Shown here: in pieces, positions 44,723 through 54,466 of the stretch
Position numbering within the stretch: the first letter of the stretch is position 1
Layout of the letters: every line of letters begins with the position of its first letter
Source: Candidatus Woesebacteria bacterium
GTDB taxonomy: Bacteria; Patescibacteriota; Microgenomatia; UBA8517
Assembly (NCBI GenBank): GCA_016432365.1
Contig: CP066686.1
Location: forward strand, 410,906-474,905
Reading direction: 5' to 3'
DNA length: 64,000 bases
The notes under the pieces: model-generated
What the model was told of the DNA's origin: nothing
Seen by the model: the letters and a program-made list of their open reading frames with translations, nothing else
Database searches by the model: none
Translations under genes and position numbers: made by a program

Positions 44723-45705
44723 ATTACAAACAATCTTTAGAAATTTTAGAAGAGATAAAGAAGTCCAAAAAAGTTTTGGTAAATTGCCATCGAAGTCCGG
44801 ACCCTGACAGCGTTGGTAGTGCAACTTCAATGTTCCTTGCACTGAAAGAATTGGGGAAAGACGATGTTACTATTATTTCTCCCGACGAGATTCCCGATAA
44901 CTGTAAATTTTTACCAAATTCAAAGTCGATAAAAGTTGTAAATTTTGATGATTTTGATTTTTCTCAATATGACATCTTTATAATAGTTGATTCCGGTAAT
45001 TGGAACCAGACAACCGGAAAAGATAACATTCTGTCTTCCAAAATACGAAAAGTGGTGATAGATCACCATTATACAAACACAAAGGAAGGTGATATTAATC
45101 TTGTCGATGAAAAAACAGGTTCATGTTGCGCTCTTTTATTTAAAGTATTTTCGGATTGGAAATTGGAATTAACTACAGATCTTGCTACGTCACTTTTGAC
45201 AGGTATAATCGCGGACACAATGTCTTTTCAAACGGACATTATCGGAGACTCCGCATTTTCGGTGGCTGACACCCTTGTCAAAAAAGGTGCGGACAGAAGG
45301 AATATACTTCATAATCTCTACATGTCACGCCCCATCGATGAAATACATTTGATGGGAGAAATGTTAACAAAGGTCACCGTTGAGGAAGAGGCTAATTTTG
45401 CCTGGGTGGCTGTTCCTAAAGATCTCACTAAAAATTATCCGGGAAGTCGAGATGCAAAAAGTTATGTAGCTGGGTCATTTATCCAATCTATAGAAAATAC
45501 GGATTTCGGTTTTGTTCTCGAACAATTTGATAACTATTGTTCAGTTAGTTTTAGGTCAAGAAATGATTTTGACGTTTCAAAAATTGCAGAAAAATTGGGT
45601 GGCGGGGGACATAAATCGGCTTCAGCTGCACGTCTTTATATGCCTTTTGATCAGGCTGTAATCAAGGTTTTGGAGACGGCCAGAAAGTATGCGAAAAAAG
45701 ATTAA
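44719..45705 (+). CDS. nrnA: DHH/DHHA1 phosphoesterase, NrnA-like nanoRNase/pAp phosphatase.
   Basis: DHH motifs HRSPDPDSVGS, DHHYTN and the C-terminal DHHA1 GGGHKSASAA. Confidence 0.75.
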   Translation: MNYKQSLEILEEIKKSKKVLVNCHRSPDPDSVGSATSMFLALKELGKDDVTIISPDEIPDNCKFLPNSKSIKVVNFDDFDFSQYDIFIIVDSGNWNQTTGKDNILSSKIRKVVIDHHYTNTKEGDINLVDEKTGSCCALLFKVFSDWKLELTTDLATSLLTGIIADTMSFQTDIIGDSAFSVADTLVKKGADRRNILHNLYMSRPIDEIHLMGEMLTKVTVEEEANFAWVAVPKDLTKNYPGSRDAKSYVAGSFIQSIENTDFGFVLEQFDNYCSVSFRSRNDFDVSKIAEKLGGGGHKSASAARLYMPFDQAVIKVLETARKYAKKD

Positions 45706-47188
45706 ATCTTCATTGGTATTCAATTATCTTCTGATTATAATTTTGGGATTGGGGGCATTCCTCCGGTTATATAGGATTAATGAACTTCTAGGCTTCTGGT
45801 TCGATCAAGGGCGTGATGCGTTAGTTATCTGGGACCTTTTACATAACGGTAAGTTTTTTTTAATAGGGCCAACAACAGGGCTTGCCGGAATTTTTAGAGG
45901 TCCTTGGTATTATTGGTTGATTACTCCATTCTATTGGATAGGACGCGGAAATCCCGTTTATCCTTCGATTTTTTTGATATTTACGACGATTGCTGCTCTG
46001 GGAGTAATTTACTATTTGGGTTACAAAATTCAAGGAAGAGTTACGGGACTAATTGCGGCGACGATTGCCGCTTTCTCCTTTTATATAATTGAAGCATCAA
46101 GATGGTTGTCTAACCCCACTCCAATGCTTCTATTATCTCTTGTAATGGTTTTTGGAATGTATATGGTTGTGGAAGGAAAAAAATGGGGATGGTCAATAAT
46201 CTCTTTTTGTTTTGGTTTATCGCTTTTTAATTTTGGTTCATCGGGGGAATTTTTTTATTTTCCAGTATTGTTGATTTTTACCATTTGGCAAAAGAAAAAT
46301 TGGCCGGATTTAAAAAACTTATTATTTTCTGTATTGTTGTTTATAATCACTTTTGCTCCTTTAGTAATTTTTGATTTTAAACATGATGGGATTTTAAGAA
46401 ATAATATTTATCAATCATTTGTATCCGAGAAGAGCTTCATCGTTCCGACAAAAAAGTTTTTAGTAGAAAGGACTGTTATTTATTATGACGTTTTTACAAA
46501 AAAAATATTTGATGCCAGGGGGGAGAGAGAAAAAATTACCCTGAGCATAATTGCTTTATGGTTTTTGGTTTCAACCCCAAAATATTTAAAGAACAAAAAT
46601 ATTTCTCTACTAATTTTGTTTCTTGTCTCTCCGATTGTCGGATTGTATTTTTACCAGGGCAACAATGCGGTCTTATACGATTATTATTTCACCGGATACT
46701 ATTTAATATTTGTTTTATTGCTTGGAATAGTCTTAGGTAATATGTGGAAATTTACCATAGGAAAAGTTTTTGTATTGTATTTTATTTACTTGTTTATAAG
46801 CGCAAATTTTTCAATTCTCTTACCAAGATTAACAGAAAGATCTACCAATATTAATAGTGTAATAATTTTGAGTGATCAGAAAAAGGCAATAGAGTGGGTT
46901 TATAACAACGCCGGCGATAGAAACTTTAATATTGATGTATATGTGCCGCCCGTCATACCCTATGCATATGACTATTTATTCAAATGGATCCCCACTACGC
47001 CAAGGCTTCGCGGGGCAAGTGGTAAACTTACTGAAAATCAAACTTCCTTACTATATACTTTGTACGAGGTTGATTTGGCCCACCCCGAACGAATCGGTGC
47101 TTGGTTAGAAAGGCAGAAAGGAATTGGTAAAGTCTTAAAAGAGGAAAATTTTGGAGGAATAGTCGTGCAAGAAAGGGTGAGAATCTAA
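45689..47188 (+). CDS. GT-C (ArnT-like) membrane glycosyltransferase, paralog 2.
   Basis: FDQGRDALVIWDL ... GPTTGLAGIFRGPWYYW. Confidence 0.6.
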   Translation: MRKKIKSSLVFNYLLIIILGLGAFLRLYRINELLGFWFDQGRDALVIWDLLHNGKFFLIGPTTGLAGIFRGPWYYWLITPFYWIGRGNPVYPSIFLIFTTIAALGVIYYLGYKIQGRVTGLIAATIAAFSFYIIEASRWLSNPTPMLLLSLVMVFGMYMVVEGKKWGWSIISFCFGLSLFNFGSSGEFFYFPVLLIFTIWQKKNWPDLKNLLFSVLLFIITFAPLVIFDFKHDGILRNNIYQSFVSEKSFIVPTKKFLVERTVIYYDVFTKKIFDARGEREKITLSIIALWFLVSTPKYLKNKNISLLILFLVSPIVGLYFYQGNNAVLYDYYFTGYYLIFVLLLGIVLGNMWKFTIGKVFVLYFIYLFISANFSILLPRLTERSTNINSVIILSDQKKAIEWVYNNAGDRNFNIDVYVPPVIPYAYDYLFKWIPTTPRLRGASGKLTENQTSLLYTLYEVDLAHPERIGAWLERQKGIGKVLKEENFGGIVVQERVRI

Positions 47189-47193
47189 TTAAG

Positions 47194-50100
47194 ATGAACA
47201 AAAGCTGGTTAAAAATATTAATTTTTACTTTTTTGATTGGAGCTGTGATTTGGGCCGGAAAGGGAATCTTTAAATACAGTATTTTTAGCACCCATGACGG
47301 TGACCACCACATTGCCCGTGTTTTCGACGTAATTCAGACTGCTAAAGAGGGGCAGTTTCCATTAAGATGGGCGGGGAGTCTTGATTATTTTTGTGGTGTT
47401 CCAATTTACAATTTTTTCTATCCTTTAATTTATTACCTCGCAGCTGCAATATATCCATTTGCGAAAGATGTAATTTTTACTCTTAAAATAATTAACTTTT
47501 TATCACTCCTTTTAGGGACACTGTTTTTCTATTTTTGGATTAGGACGGAGACAGATAAAGAATTACCGGCCATTGGTGGAGCACTTACTTATTTATATGC
47601 ACCTTACCGTTTTTCGCTTATTTTTGTCAGGGGAAGTCCTGAGTATCTTGCATACGCAATTTTACCGATCGTTTTGTTTTTTTATGCCTTGTGTTTTAAA
47701 TCGAATGGTAAAAGGTTTGTCGTTTATGCTTTCTTGGCAGGTTTGACGGGTGCCATTCTTACAATTTCCCACAATTTTGCGGCGATGTTTTTAATGCCGA
47801 TAATCCTCGCATATTTGATAATTAAGATTTGGCTTTACAAGTTTAATCTTTCAAAAATAGCTTGGATTGCATTTTCTTTTTTGAGTTCGTTTGGGTTGGG
47901 GTCTTTTTTCATCGGTCCGGCATTGATGGAACAGAAATTTACCCAGATCGGCTTAAATTTTATCCAGTGGCGAGAACACTTTCCAACATTAGGACAACTT
48001 CTTAAATCAAATTGGGGTTATTTCTATTCATCATTGGGGACTGCAAATGACGGAATGAGTTTTATGTTGGGGTATGCGCAGTGGCTAATTATTGGTATCG
48101 GGGGAATATTTATTCTATTTATTTTGGTTCAGATTTTTCGAAAGAAAGTTAAGCTTTGGGAATCCGTTAAAGAAAATATTTGGGTAATTTTCTATCTTGT
48201 CGCATCGCTTTTCACTATTTATCTAATCCTCCCTATATCAATTCCACTTTGGGAGAAGATAAAGCCGCTGCAAGAGATTCAATTTTCCTGGAGACTTTTG
48301 GGGGTCGCAGTTTTTACGACTAGCGCTCTTTTTTCTTTTACGTTGGCAAAAATCAGGACGAATTATGTTTATATAGCTCTTTTCGTTGGTGTAAGCTTTT
48401 TGACAGTTTTTGGTACAAGAAATTTCATGTTGCCGCAACCGGTTTCGAGCGAAGATGTTTATAGGTATACCGACTACGAAAAACTTCATCCACATAGATA
48501 TTCTACAACTACATTAGGAGATGACGTGATCTCTGCAGGGGCGAAAAAGGCATGTTGGTTTTCAACGCCCCCCGTATCTACAAATGTCGATGAAAAAATT
48601 GATTCGGTAGTTGTGGAAAAAGGCAACACATTTGGATCTATCAAGTTTTCGATAGATAAAAACAAAATAAAAGGAGACAAAATTGTTATTCGTTTGGGAT
48701 ATTTTCCGGATATTCACAACATTTCACTAAACGGTGGAAGTTATTTAAAATACTCAAATTGTAATGGACAAGTTTGTTTTGATGCCGGGAATACCAAAGA
48801 TGGAGAAAATTTTGTTTCTTGGAAAGTGGGTCAGAGTAAAATTGAAAGCACATTCAATTACCTGACGGTGGCGTTTCTAACATTCTGGTTAATGCTTCTA
48901 GTGATTTTTCTGACCGGAATTAACAAAGACAGGAAAAAATTAATATATTTTGTTTTGTTGGCAATCACATTTTTCATTTTTATGTTTTTTAGAAGTTATA
49001 ATTTGCTTGGTCGGGTCGGTTTTGGTTGGGACCAGGAGAGAGATGCTTTGGCTACTACGAATATTCTTGCCGGGAAATTCACACTTCTAGGTCCTAGAGT
49101 TCAGGGCCCTGCCGGTTTTTTTCTTCCTCCATATTTTTTCTACATGCTTGCACCCTTTTACAAACTATTTAACTTGAGCCCCCTGGCTACCGGCGGATTC
49201 ATTGTTTTTTGGTCAATTCTGACTTTTGTTGTAAGTTATTTAGTAATTTCCAAAGTCTTTAATAAAAAGACAGCGCTGATTTTCTTGGCGCTTTGGGCAG
49301 TAAACCCCTTAAGTGTCTCCGTTGACACGATTGCCTGGAATCCTGTAATGGTTCCTCTTTTGTTTGTTGTTTTGATTTATTTAATTTACCTTTATCTTAA
49401 AAAGACAAAGGCGAAATACATTTTCTTGACCGGAATAATCTTTGGAATGGGTTTAAGTTCCCATCTTCAATTTTTGTTAATTACCCCGGTATTTATTCCG
49501 TTGTTGATAGATATATTTAAAAATAAAAGATTAAAGGACGTTGCCTTTCTGGTTTTGGGATCCGTGATACCTTTCTTTCCAATTCTACTTTTTGATTTGA
49601 GACATAATTTTTTAAATTTAGGTCAAATAGCAGGTTTAGTTAAAAGCGGAGGAGAAGGTGCTAGTAGGGTGATGATAGTTTGGGAAAGAGCCTCTTCCTT
49701 TATGGTGGGTGGCTCACCTTCGGTATTGCTGGGAACTTTAATTTACTTAATCGTTTCGATAGGCCTTTTTATAATTGCAAAGAGAATTAAAAACATTGAT
49801 CAGGGGAAAATTTTGCTTAGCTTGGGTAGTGTCTGGGTCACAAGTCTTCCTCTCTTTTATATATTGATAAAAAGTCCGTCGGAATATTATTTTAATTATT
49901 TACTGATTCCTTTTATTTTTTTTATAAGTCTTTTGCTCAAAAATTTGAAAAGTCTTGGAGTATTAATATTAGCTGGAATTATGATTTACTTTATTTTCCA
50001 AGCTAGGCCGTTACTAAAAGATGTAGCGTTAAGTTTAAGAGAAAAGGAACAGGCTGTTAGTCTTTTGAGTAAAGTAACCCAGAAATCGAGCCCTTTCAAT

Positions 50101-50310
50101 ATTTCTTTCGATGTGCCGTTTAATGAAGATACGGGTTTTAGATACCTTTTAAATTATTATAAAATTAATTATTCGGGAAGCCCCAACGATCCGTTGATAG
50201 AATTCGTAATCCCGCGTCAAAAAAGGCCGGTTACATTTGCTTTCACACAAATCGGAATTTTTATTCCGCCTCAGTGGATGAAAACAAACTGGTCGGTTAG
50301 GACTAAGTAA
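47194..50310 (+). CDS. Two-module polytopic membrane protein, 1038 aa: an N-terminal module related to the gene starting at 63390, and a C-terminal ArnT-like GT-C module.
   Basis: The N-terminal THDGDHHIARV...FPLRW...NFFYPLIYY parallels MQDDLQAFRVY...IPCRW...NFYPPLPYY at 63390. The C-terminal WDQERDAL...GPAGFFLPPYFFY matches the paralogs at 43136 and 45689. Confidence 0.55.
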   Translation: MNKSWLKILIFTFLIGAVIWAGKGIFKYSIFSTHDGDHHIARVFDVIQTAKEGQFPLRWAGSLDYFCGVPIYNFFYPLIYYLAAAIYPFAKDVIFTLKIINFLSLLLGTLFFYFWIRTETDKELPAIGGALTYLYAPYRFSLIFVRGSPEYLAYAILPIVLFFYALCFKSNGKRFVVYAFLAGLTGAILTISHNFAAMFLMPIILAYLIIKIWLYKFNLSKIAWIAFSFLSSFGLGSFFIGPALMEQKFTQIGLNFIQWREHFPTLGQLLKSNWGYFYSSLGTANDGMSFMLGYAQWLIIGIGGIFILFILVQIFRKKVKLWESVKENIWVIFYLVASLFTIYLILPISIPLWEKIKPLQEIQFSWRLLGVAVFTTSALFSFTLAKIRTNYVYIALFVGVSFLTVFGTRNFMLPQPVSSEDVYRYTDYEKLHPHRYSTTTLGDDVISAGAKKACWFSTPPVSTNVDEKIDSVVVEKGNTFGSIKFSIDKNKIKGDKIVIRLGYFPDIHNISLNGGSYLKYSNCNGQVCFDAGNTKDGENFVSWKVGQSKIESTFNYLTVAFLTFWLMLLVIFLTGINKDRKKLIYFVLLAITFFIFMFFRSYNLLGRVGFGWDQERDALATTNILAGKFTLLGPRVQGPAGFFLPPYFFYMLAPFYKLFNLSPLATGGFIVFWSILTFVVSYLVISKVFNKKTALIFLALWAVNPLSVSVDTIAWNPVMVPLLFVVLIYLIYLYLKKTKAKYIFLTGIIFGMGLSSHLQFLLITPVFIPLLIDIFKNKRLKDVAFLVLGSVIPFFPILLFDLRHNFLNLGQIAGLVKSGGEGASRVMIVWERASSFMVGGSPSVLLGTLIYLIVSIGLFIIAKRIKNIDQGKILLSLGSVWVTSLPLFYILIKSPSEYYFNYLLIPFIFFISLLLKNLKSLGVLILAGIMIYFIFQARPLLKDVALSLREKEQAVSLLSKVTQKSSPFNISFDVPFNEDTGFRYLLNYYKINYSGSPNDPLIEFVIPRQKRPVTFAFTQIGIFIPPQWMKTNWSVRTK

Positions 50311-50325
50311 TATACAATAGTTAAT

Positions 50326-51108
50326 ATGAGAAAAATTTTCCTCTCAGTCGTGATCCCAGCTTACAATGAAGAATATAATTTGCGTACAGGCGTATTGGAT
50401 TCGGTCTATGACTATTTAATTAAACAAAAATATACCTGGGAGATTTTATTTGTTGATGACGGTTCCACAGACAATACTGCAAAATTGGCATTGGATTTTG
50501 CGAAAAGTCATAAGCAAAGCTTGGCAAAATCAGAATATGGTAAAAACTTTTTGGTTCTCAGCGAACCACACAGGGGTAAGGCGGGGACTGTTATCGCTGG
50601 TGTATTGGCAGCAAAAGGAGAGATTGTTCTTTTTACGGATACGGACCAGGCAACTCCGATTGATCAAATCGCTAAAGTATTACCGAAATTTGAGAGTGGT
50701 TATGATGTGGTCATTGGATCGCGACACGGGCGCGAGGGCGCTCCACTAATTCGTAAAATCATGGCCTGGGGATTTTCTTTTTTGAGACTTTTGGTTTTGA
50801 GACTTCCGTATAAAGACACCCAATGCGGGTTCAAGGCTTTTTCGAAAAATGCCGCAAAAGAGATTTTTAAACGTCTCGAAATTTTTGATTCAAAAAACAA
50901 AAACGTGGGCGCTTCAGTTACGGCGGGTTTTGATTTGGAAATTTTATATGTGGCCCGTAAACTTGGCTATAAAATTGCCGAGGTTTCCGTAGACTGGCAC
51001 CACAAAGAGGGTACAAAAGTTGATCCGATTAAAGACTCGATTGAAGGTCTTCGTGGACTTATTATGGTTCGTATCAATGCACTTCAAGGAAAATACAGGC
51101 GTTCATGA
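50326..51108 (+). CDS. GT2 glycosyltransferase (polyprenol-phosphate sugar synthase-like).
   Basis: LSVVIPAYNEEYNL, VDDGSTDNT, DTDQATP. Confidence 0.8.
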   Translation: MRKIFLSVVIPAYNEEYNLRTGVLDSVYDYLIKQKYTWEILFVDDGSTDNTAKLALDFAKSHKQSLAKSEYGKNFLVLSEPHRGKAGTVIAGVLAAKGEIVLFTDTDQATPIDQIAKVLPKFESGYDVVIGSRHGREGAPLIRKIMAWGFSFLRLLVLRLPYKDTQCGFKAFSKNAAKEIFKRLEIFDSKNKNVGASVTAGFDLEILYVARKLGYKIAEVSVDWHHKEGTKVDPIKDSIEGLRGLIMVRINALQGKYRRS

Positions 51109-52232
51109 TTAAGAAAAGACGCTTTTTACAAAATATTTTAACTTTTCTTATATTGGTCATTACTATATTTTTTCAATTAAAATATATAAAAGATAATAAA
51201 GGTCTGTTTCAGGAAGAATTTAACCCGACTATCCACAAAAATCTTTATTCTCAATCTCAGTATGTAATGGAAAATCCCAAATCGGTAATTCCGGATGAAA
51301 TTGTTTATGCGCATTCGGCTTGGGAATATTTACACGGCACGGACCCCATTATGTTGAACGCAGAACAACCGCCTTTGGGTAAATATTTAATCGGGCTTTC
51401 GGAGTTGTGGTTTGATAATTCAAGATTCACCGGCCCAATTTTTAACTTTGCCATACTTATTGCATTGTATTTGCTTGCAAACACAATACTTGAATCAAGA
51501 TTTCTTAGTTCAATAATAGTACTTATATTCAGTTTTGAAAAATTGTTCATTGCCCAAGTTAGATATTCGCCCACATTAGATAATATTCAAGTCGCCTTTA
51601 TCCTTTTCAGTTTATATTTTTTCATTAAAGCCGTTTTCAAGAAGAAAATTCCCTATATGTCTTTGGTTTTTCTGGGACTGGTTGTCTCGACAAAATTCTG
51701 GATAACGGGAATTGTGTTGTACCTTACATATTTAACCTTTATTGTATTTAGTAAAAACCGTAAAAGAATATATAATTTTTTGGTATTCTCACCAATTGTC
51801 GGAATAGTAAATCTGGTTTCGTACCTTCCCTCATTTATCTTTCATGATTTATCTCTAATACGTTATATAGGATTGCAAAAGTATATTTATGTTTGGCATA
51901 GTGGAAAACTTCAGCCAAATTTTATTGCTCCTTTTGACCTACTGCTTTTTAATAAATGGCATCATAGTGGAACAATTATCCCGAGTGTTGATTGGCAAAT
52001 AACCTGGCCTGTAATAACATTAATCTCCTTGATTGGAATCGCATATACAGTATATCGATTTAAAAACATTGATTTAAAAATACTTCTTTTGAATTTATAC
52101 ATATTTTTCTATATGGGCTTACTCATTTTTAGCGACACAAATGCCAGGTATATGTTCCCTCTTGTTCCGATTTTGTACATTGCCTGTGTGTGGAATATTA
52201 AAAGATTAATTATTTGGTATAATAAGGAATGA
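51105..52232 (+). CDS. Polytopic membrane protein, probably a glycosylation-related GT-C-like protein.
   Basis: 375 aa with about 10 TM helices. 4-nt overlap with the upstream GT2 gene. Confidence 0.45.
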   Translation: MIKKRRFLQNILTFLILVITIFFQLKYIKDNKGLFQEEFNPTIHKNLYSQSQYVMENPKSVIPDEIVYAHSAWEYLHGTDPIMLNAEQPPLGKYLIGLSELWFDNSRFTGPIFNFAILIALYLLANTILESRFLSSIIVLIFSFEKLFIAQVRYSPTLDNIQVAFILFSLYFFIKAVFKKKIPYMSLVFLGLVVSTKFWITGIVLYLTYLTFIVFSKNRKRIYNFLVFSPIVGIVNLVSYLPSFIFHDLSLIRYIGLQKYIYVWHSGKLQPNFIAPFDLLLFNKWHHSGTIIPSVDWQITWPVITLISLIGIAYTVYRFKNIDLKILLLNLYIFFYMGLLIFSDTNARYMFPLVPILYIACVWNIKRLIIWYNKE

Positions 52233-52528
52233 AGAAATTAGGTTTTTTACAGGCCTTGGGAGTGGTGCTTTATTGTTCTCTGATCGGTATTTTCTTTTGG
52301 CAAGGATCAAAGATATTTCCTGAGCCAAACCTTCCTTTTGGCCCGATAATAATGCTCCTTTTGCTTTCCACCTCCGTACTTATTTGCGGTCTGATTGTTT
52401 TTTACAAACCATACAAGTTGTTTTTTGAAGGCAAAAAGACTGAGGCTATAAAAACCGTTGCTTACACTGCGTTTTGGCTTTTTCTTTTTCTATTTCTTTC
52501 CCTTCTCTTGATGGTTGTGTTTAAGTAG
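52229..52528 (+). CDS. Hypothetical small 3-TM membrane protein.
   Basis: ORF only; translationally coupled to the upstream gene. Confidence 0.3.
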   Translation: MKKLGFLQALGVVLYCSLIGIFFWQGSKIFPEPNLPFGPIIMLLLLSTSVLICGLIVFYKPYKLFFEGKKTEAIKTVAYTAFWLFLFLFLSLLLMVVFK

Positions 52529-53708
52529 CTTTGTACTGTCTATCTCTTAAAGTTTTTCTGGAGAATATTAATTGTGCAAGAATGAACCCAAGCAGAAGAA
52601 TCCCCAAATACATTGCCGTAGTTTTGGCAGAAATTTTATCCGAAAGCGAACCGATAAAATATGCGCTCAGAACGTAAGGGATATTTTTAATCATGTTAAA
52701 AGTAGAAATAGTTGTGGCACGGAACTTTGAATCTGTGTTCTGATTGATGGCAATAGATGCAAGATTGCCAGATATTGCCTCGAGCGAAGAACGAAAAACT
52801 AAAGATAGCCCTCCCATGATAAGCCCCATCCATGGTGAAAAAAGAAATGTTATGACTATCAATATTCCGATAAATATTATTGATAAGTTTCCCTTAAACA
52901 ATCTATTTATAAACGGCGTCAACTGTGACGCCAAAGCGGAAATAATGAATACAGCAGACCATAAAATTCCCAACTGTTCCGCGCTAAAACCAAACTCGAA
53001 TCCCAAAAAGCTATCCAACATTTCGGAGGCTATTACTACAAAAAAACCTATCGATAGAAGAAGTATCGTCTGTTTTTTGATATCAAGATTTTTAAAAAGT
53101 TCCTTTAATCCTTGCCCCGTTTGACTGACAAAATTTCTGAAGGAGAACTTAATGGAGTCGATATGCGGTTCAATTAAGAAAAACGAAGCAATAAGCCCTA
53201 TCATATACCCAAATGCATTCCCGTAAAATGGAAGGGTGGGATTTATCTTGTACATGAATCCTCCAAGAATACTGCAAATTGCTGGAGCAATAAGAGAGAG
53301 AGTGTTTGTGTTTGAGATTTTTCTATCATAGGTTCCTTCCTCACCACTTTCTTTGAGGGTATCAAATATCAAGGCATCAATCGTACCCGAATAAAATGCT
53401 CCCCCAACACACATAACAAAAACAGACAAGGCCAACATTTGAAAGTTTGGGGCGGTAGCCATTATGAAGGCGCCAACAGTTTCCAACGTGAAGGCAATAA
53501 TTAGTGTTTTCTTTTTGCCAAACAAATCGGCAATTGCGCCGGTCGGAATTTCCGCTAGTGTCATTGTAAGGATAAGAATAGTTTCTATTATTCCAATCCC
53601 CGCATAATCTGTAAAACGCAAATAATAAAAAATCCAAATTCCCAACCAAAACCAAGTGTTTTTAGAAAAAGCCAAAATGTAGGCAATTGTTATATTTCTT
53701 TTAAGCAC
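52521..53708 (-). CDS. MFS transporter. Probable GTG start at 53708; the ORF-track extends to 53828.
   Basis: 12-TM architecture. MFS loop motif GAIADLFGKKKTL. TATAAA lies 9 nt upstream of GTG 53708. The upstream in-frame extension would code through an operator-like inverted repeat. Confidence 0.65.
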   Translation of the reverse strand: MLKRNITIAYILAFSKNTWFWLGIWIFYYLRFTDYAGIGIIETILILTMTLAEIPTGAIADLFGKKKTLIIAFTLETVGAFIMATAPNFQMLALSVFVMCVGGAFYSGTIDALIFDTLKESGEEGTYDRKISNTNTLSLIAPAICSILGGFMYKINPTLPFYGNAFGYMIGLIASFFLIEPHIDSIKFSFRNFVSQTGQGLKELFKNLDIKKQTILLLSIGFFVVIASEMLDSFLGFEFGFSAEQLGILWSAVFIISALASQLTPFINRLFKGNLSIIFIGILIVITFLFSPWMGLIMGGLSLVFRSSLEAISGNLASIAINQNTDSKFRATTISTFNMIKNIPYVLSAYFIGSLSDKISAKTTAMYLGILLLGFILAQLIFSRKTLRDRQYKAT

Positions 53709-53843
53709 AATAATAATTTTATACTCAAGAAACTTGAGTTTGCACCAGCAAACAAAAATTTCGAGTATATAATCTCTTGCGAGAGTTGCAAACTCGAGTA
53801 AGAGGAGTATACAACTTAGTGATGTCAATTATCCAAGTAATCA

Positions 53844-53872
53844 TTGACAATAAATTCCTCTATTATTATTAT
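53844..53872 (+). promoter_or_regulatory. Consensus sigma70 promoter TTGACA-N17-TATTAT.
   Basis: TTGACA 53844-53849; TATTAT 53867-53872; ATG 53883 lies 10 nt downstream. The ORF-track start 53844 is the TTG of the -35 box. Confidence 0.45.
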
Positions 53873-53882
53873 TATGCCTCAT

Positions 53883-54443
53883 ATGCAGGAAAGATTAAAA
53901 ACAAATGAAAAATTATTTGAAGGGATTAAAGTTTATTATTCCGGTTCTATTAAAGGCGCTCCGGAACTTGACCCCGATTTTGCATGGAATCTTGTGCAGT
54001 TTATGAAAGAAGGAGGGGCAGATGTACTGAGCGAGCATGTTGCCGGAAGGAACAAAGACGAAATGGATCGGGTAAGAGCAGAAAAATTAGGGATAACTGT
54101 CGAGGCCTTTCGCGGTATTCCCCGGGAAGTTTACGTAAGAGATATAATTAGAAAACAGGATTTAGAATGGGTCGATCAGGCGACACATATGGTTGCCCTT
54201 GTTAATGCACCAAGTCATGGGGTAGGCATGGAACTCCAAGAAGCTATTTTAAAACCGAGGTTGGGTTTAAATCAGACACCAATACTTTGTCTTATTCATG
54301 AAGATGTTTACAACAACTTGTCGGGAATGGTAGCCGGGGTAAGCGAACAGGAAAATCCTGAGTTTTATGTCAAAAAGTACAAAACACTCCAAGAGGCTAA
54401 AGACTTGGTTTCAAACTTTCTTACAGGAAGTCTTCAAAAGTAA
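53883..54443 (+). CDS. Nucleoside 2-deoxyribosyltransferase-like (Rcl/DNPH1-like) protein.
   Basis: The N-terminal block VYYSGSIKG and the active-site-like block SHGVGMELQEA resemble the NDT/Rcl family. Confidence 0.45.
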   Translation: MQERLKTNEKLFEGIKVYYSGSIKGAPELDPDFAWNLVQFMKEGGADVLSEHVAGRNKDEMDRVRAEKLGITVEAFRGIPREVYVRDIIRKQDLEWVDQATHMVALVNAPSHGVGMELQEAILKPRLGLNQTPILCLIHEDVYNNLSGMVAGVSEQENPEFYVKKYKTLQEAKDLVSNFLTGSLQK

Positions 54444-54466
54444 TTTGTGTTAAAATTTGACTACTC

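Noticed and set aside
47194-50310. Possibility that the 1038-aa protein is two genes merged by a sequencing frameshift
   Set aside because: The frame is continuous and no internal start or RBS is evident near the module boundary at about 48.9 kb. This cannot be excluded without reads, so it is kept as one CDS with a note.
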